From Bigelowiella natans CCMP2755 (lineage: Eukaryota; Protista; Cercozoa), in the NCBI GenBank assembly GCA_000320545.1, contig ADNK01002051.1, forward strand, positions 1-38,870: a DNA stretch of 38,870 bases, read 5' to 3'. The notes below the pieces were generated by a model that saw only the letters and a list, made by a program, of their open reading frames with translations, ran no database searches and was not told the DNA's origin. The position numbers and the translations under genes are program-made. Shown piece after piece: positions 34,751 to 38,870 of this stretch. Position 1 is the first letter of the stretch. Each line of letters begins with the position of its first letter.

Positions 34751-34989
34751 TGCGCACGCGCATGAACAGCACATCCTAGCTAGTCTGTGCTACATGCCAT
34801 CTAGCCATGATGTACGTAGCTGTCATCAATGCAAGCTAGCATAAGGCTCTACATAGTGACATGTGTCCATGTAGCTGCATGCTTGTGCATACATGTATGA
34901 CTGAATCAGTCATAAATGCTATGTATGGAACGAAGCGCATTAATCATTCCCTACAAGAGATGCACAACACACGATACGCCACGTTATGA

Positions 34990-36530
34990 TTAGATAGTGC
35001 TCTTCATTCGACGGCCGGAATCTAAGTCGCTGTTGAGCAGAGCGAAGTTCTTGCTCCGGAGTGCGGAGATGAGCTTCCCTTCAATCGCCCTCGCCATAGA
35101 AGCCCCCCCCTCCCGGCACAGGCCGAAGCACACGATGATGTCCGCACCAAAGGTCTGAATTTTTCCGAAAAGAGAGAATAAGCGTTTCAAGCAAAAGAGG
35201 TAGGTGGTAGAAGTTCGCAGAAGCCCCCCCTCTGCAAACAAGTGACTGGCGAGAAAAGAGCGGGAGAGAAAAGGAGAACGAGGAGGGGGTGATGATACAC
35301 CTTGCGATGCTGCTGGATGCGCTGGGAGATCTTATCTGTTTGCCCAACGTAGAGCCGGCCATCCACCGTGCAGCACACGTACCTAGGGTTGTTTTGGAAG
35401 GGGGGAGGGGGGGGGGGGGGGGGGGTGCATCATCCCTCTCATCCCCATGATCATGTCTATCAATTACGAGGTTTGGATTAGGGAGGGTGCAGACGCTGAA
35501 GTGAATGGTTGCGGCATTAGATGTTGCTTACACTGCGGAGAGTCCGTCTGCGTTGGGGCTAGGCATCTGATTCGATGTCACGACCGCTACACCGTTCTCC
35601 TCCTCCTCCTCCTCCCCACCCCCTCCCCCCTTTCTCACTGCCTCTCGCAGCATATCCATTGCCGTCTTGAAGACGAGTGCCCGTCGCACCTGAGGATGCA
35701 CGTTACGCAGCCGCTCTTCTATTGGCGGCGATGACGACGAAGACACCGGGAATGACGGCCTATAGGACGAAGCAAATTATGGTTTGGAGGGGGGGGGGGG
35801 GCAGAATGAGGATATGAGTCCAGACACAACGCTGACACAGAGGGTTGGGGGGCGGGCAGCGATCTCATGAGATGCGTTGTCTTCGATCAGCAGCAGCAGC
35901 CTACTGACGCGGCCAGACACCGTAAGAGAAAGGGAAGTCGGCTTTGGTGCTAGGATAATGCATTTTCGATCGTCTCCATCCATCGGTGTGTGCCGTACAA
36001 TCGTGTAATGATGGGTCACGGTGCGGGTGCTTGCACTTACGGTGTTGTTTTTGCTGCTACCGGAGTTCCAGTTGCGGCAGCCTTGATCGGTGCGGACCCT
36101 GTACCTGCGGCTGGCCCCTCCCCGTCGAGCCTCGTAGTAGCAGTCGCAGTAGCAAGAGCATCGGTCAAAATGCCCCCCCCTCCCTCCACAGGGGGTGGCG
36201 GGGGTTGTCGTCCGATCGTATCCTGGTGAATCGCGAAGTGTTGAAGGGTTTCTGCCGTCTTGAGGATGCCCTCACCCACCCCCTCTTGCCACGCTACTTG
36301 GAATGCAAGGGACTCTCTCGATCGCCCGGGTTGTAGCTTCCAAGTGTGGCGCAGTAGTGATGACGATGATGATGATGATGAGGAGGAGGAGGAGGAGACG
36401 CCGTCGTGAGCCCCCCTCCACCCTCCGGTCCCGTCATCGTTGGGGAGTCTTTCAAATAATATACATGTTTACTTATTTTATTTTATTCATTCATTTATGT
36501 TTATTCATGTACTCATTGTCACATCGTTAT

Positions 36531-36561
<31 letters not shown>

Positions 36562-36603
36562 GTGCATATGCGTCCGAACCCACACTTCAACACACATATA
36601 GCA

Positions 36604-36656
<53 letters not shown>

Positions 36657-37112
36657 TATACACTCAAACACACAAGAACACACGCGCTCGCGGAAGACAC
36701 ACACGCATTCCACCACAAACACACACAATCTCTCTCTCCGGAGCGACAATGATGGCAGCAGCGCTTCACAATCAAGGGGAAACAGCCATACTCACCGTTC
36801 CACATCCATTCGCATTTCGACGGTATTGTTCAGTTCAAGGAGCTCCGCATCACGCATGTCTAAGATTCGGTGCAGGTGAGTAGAGAATATCCCCTTGCAG
36901 CCCTCGGCGTCTAAATGGGCCAGAAACGCGCCGGCAATGGCTGCCCCTGCTGCCGCTTCGGTCCCACGGCACAGCTCGTCAACTAGGATGAGAGACTTCT
37001 CGCTCACCACCGCCGCGACGCCGGTCATCTCGCGCATTTCTACGGCGAATGCGCTTTTCCCCTCCACCTAGTTCAGCAGCAAAGAGCCGTCATCACGCCA
37101 GCCGTGCACGTC

Positions 37113-37188
<76 letters not shown>

Positions 37189-37582
37189 CGGGGAGTCTCT
37201 ACTGGCGCTGCGGAGGACAATGGCGTCGATATCCGGCACCTCGGCGTGCTCGCAGGGCACGCCAAGCCCCGCAGACGCGAGAAGCGCGACCGCGCAGACG
37301 GAGCGGAGCAGCGTCGACTTGCCAGCCATATTCGGTCCTGTGAGCAGCATCATGCCCTCCAGCGTCACTGAGTTCTTCACCGCCTCATCCTTTGCTAGCC
37401 AGTATGGCCACATATCGGACATCTCCAGCCGTCCTCTCGCTTTCGATTGAGACCACTTCACCGTTTCCGTGCCATTGCCTTCGGAGAGGTCGCTTTCGCT
37501 CGGAGAAGACACCAGCTCCGGCATCGTCCAGGAGCGCTGGCGCAGCTCCCGCGCGTGCTTTTCACACGCGCGCACGCACGCA

Positions 37583-37629
<47 letters not shown>

Positions 37630-38870
37630 TACGACTCACATCAAGGCTACGCGCGTGTAAGTAAGTGTTTTTACGGGCTACCGGCGTGTGCATGGTGGAA
37701 ACATGCTTCCCCGTCACCGCCACCACTGCTCACCCCCCCCCCCCCCCCCACCATCTTCTCGCGTGCGTGGAATCAGCGACAGGCCAGAAGGGGGCAGACG
37801 ATAATAACCAACCTGGTCCATACTCGCGACGACGAGAGCAAAGGTTGAGCACGCCGCGAGCGACTGTGCATGCCCCAGCAGCGTACGTGCGAGGAGCCTG
37901 AGCTCATTCTTTATCTGCTCATCCAGTGTCTGCGTAGCCCGCCGATAGGACCGCAGCGCCTTCTCCAACGCCTCTGTCGACCACCGGTCACTTACCTATT
38001 TTTTTTGGTCGGGGGGAAGGGGGGGAGGGGGGAGTAGCGCGCCGCAAAATTGCGAGCGTTCGAATGTAACCACGCAATCATTATTATTATTATTGTTACT
38101 CTTTTTTTTTTTACTATTTCCTTGAAAGAACACGAGTGTGAGGAGGAGAGCTAACATACCATGCGAGCGTTTCGATCCAAGGGCCGAATGAATTGGTACT
38201 GCGATCGCTGCTGCTTTCCTTCCTCCTCTTCCTCCTCCTCCTTCCCCGTGTTCTCCCCCCCCCCGGGCCTTGCCCCAGCCTGCTGCTTCTTGTCCTCCTT
38301 CTGCCTCTTCTCTAATTTGTCGGGGCGAAAGCCGGCCGGCGCTTTGAGCCACACAGCGTTGTTGTGACGGTCCCAGTTGATCTGGATGTTGTTTGCTGCA
38401 GAGGAAGGAGGAGGAGAAGCAGAAGAAGACGATGAGGAGGAGGAGGAGGAGGCTTCGAGGTACATCGCCCTCGCGGCAGTGAGAGTTCTGGCGCTTTCAT
38501 CGATGAGGTCGTCGCAGGCCTTCTTATAAGATGCGAGCTCTGATGCTACCCGAGACTCATGCACCCGATCGAGAAATCGGCCCTATAGGAGAGGCAGAGA
38601 GGGAAAGGGGGGGGGGGAGGAGGGGAGGGGAGGGGGGGGAAGGTTACGATAAAATGAATGCGGCGCGCCTGCAGATCCTGTTTTTTTGGGACTTGGAACG
38701 AACGCTGACATTGGGTGTAGAATCCCCCCCGCCGATGGGTGTTCTTCAAGGGAAGGGGGTGTCGAGCGCTAAATCTCCATGGGGCAAAACTGGTTACATC
38801 TTCAGGATTTGCTGATGCTGCATCTTCCATCTTACGACACAACGACGGTCTCCTAAAATTCCTCCGTTAC
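34990..38870 (-). CDS. MSH1: Plant-type MutS homolog 1 (MutS ATPase plus C-terminal GIY-YIG endonuclease); 5' part lies beyond the window
   Basis: PYWLAKDEAVKNSVTLEGMMLLTGPNMAGKSTLLRSVCA (Walker A with the MSH1-like PYW motif); GKSAFAVEMREM; LILVDELCRGTE; FSTHLH; GIY-YIG SAV/YVCCTVDGRLYVGQTDKISQRIQQHRK; ARAIEGKLISAL...LLN; stop at 34990. Confidence 0.88.

Noticed and set aside
36303-36879. ORFs with THTH/RERE/YIYI runs
   Set aside because: Translations of intronic microsatellites within MSH1.

Overview
This is intron-rich eukaryotic (protist-like) nuclear DNA with about 12 protein genes in near-strict head-to-head pairs. Recognisable genes are a GDA1/CD39 apyrase, ATP synthase OSCP, RPL6, an acylated calpain, NOP10 and a plant-type MSH1 (MutS plus GIY-YIG, running off the right end). 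There are also two secreted Cys-rich proteins (PAN/Apple; EGF/TSP1), a coiled-coil protein and several hypothetical genes. The tail-to-tail (convergent) gaps have a distinct TGCA/CATG/CTAG-rich composition, and several hold 5'-truncated remnants of one non-LTR retrotransposon family ending in ...TTACATCCGTCTC. The strongest unexplained signal is targeted loss of TpA. A 1.5-kb block (27865-29358) has only 7 TpA by hand count, 5 of them in CTAG. Adjacent repeat copies differ almost only by TA->TG/CA transitions. This looks like a RIP-like genome-defence or hypermutation process of opposite polarity (A->G/T->C at TpA) acting on TE relics and intergenic DNA. Exon models were assembled by eye and all counts are manual.
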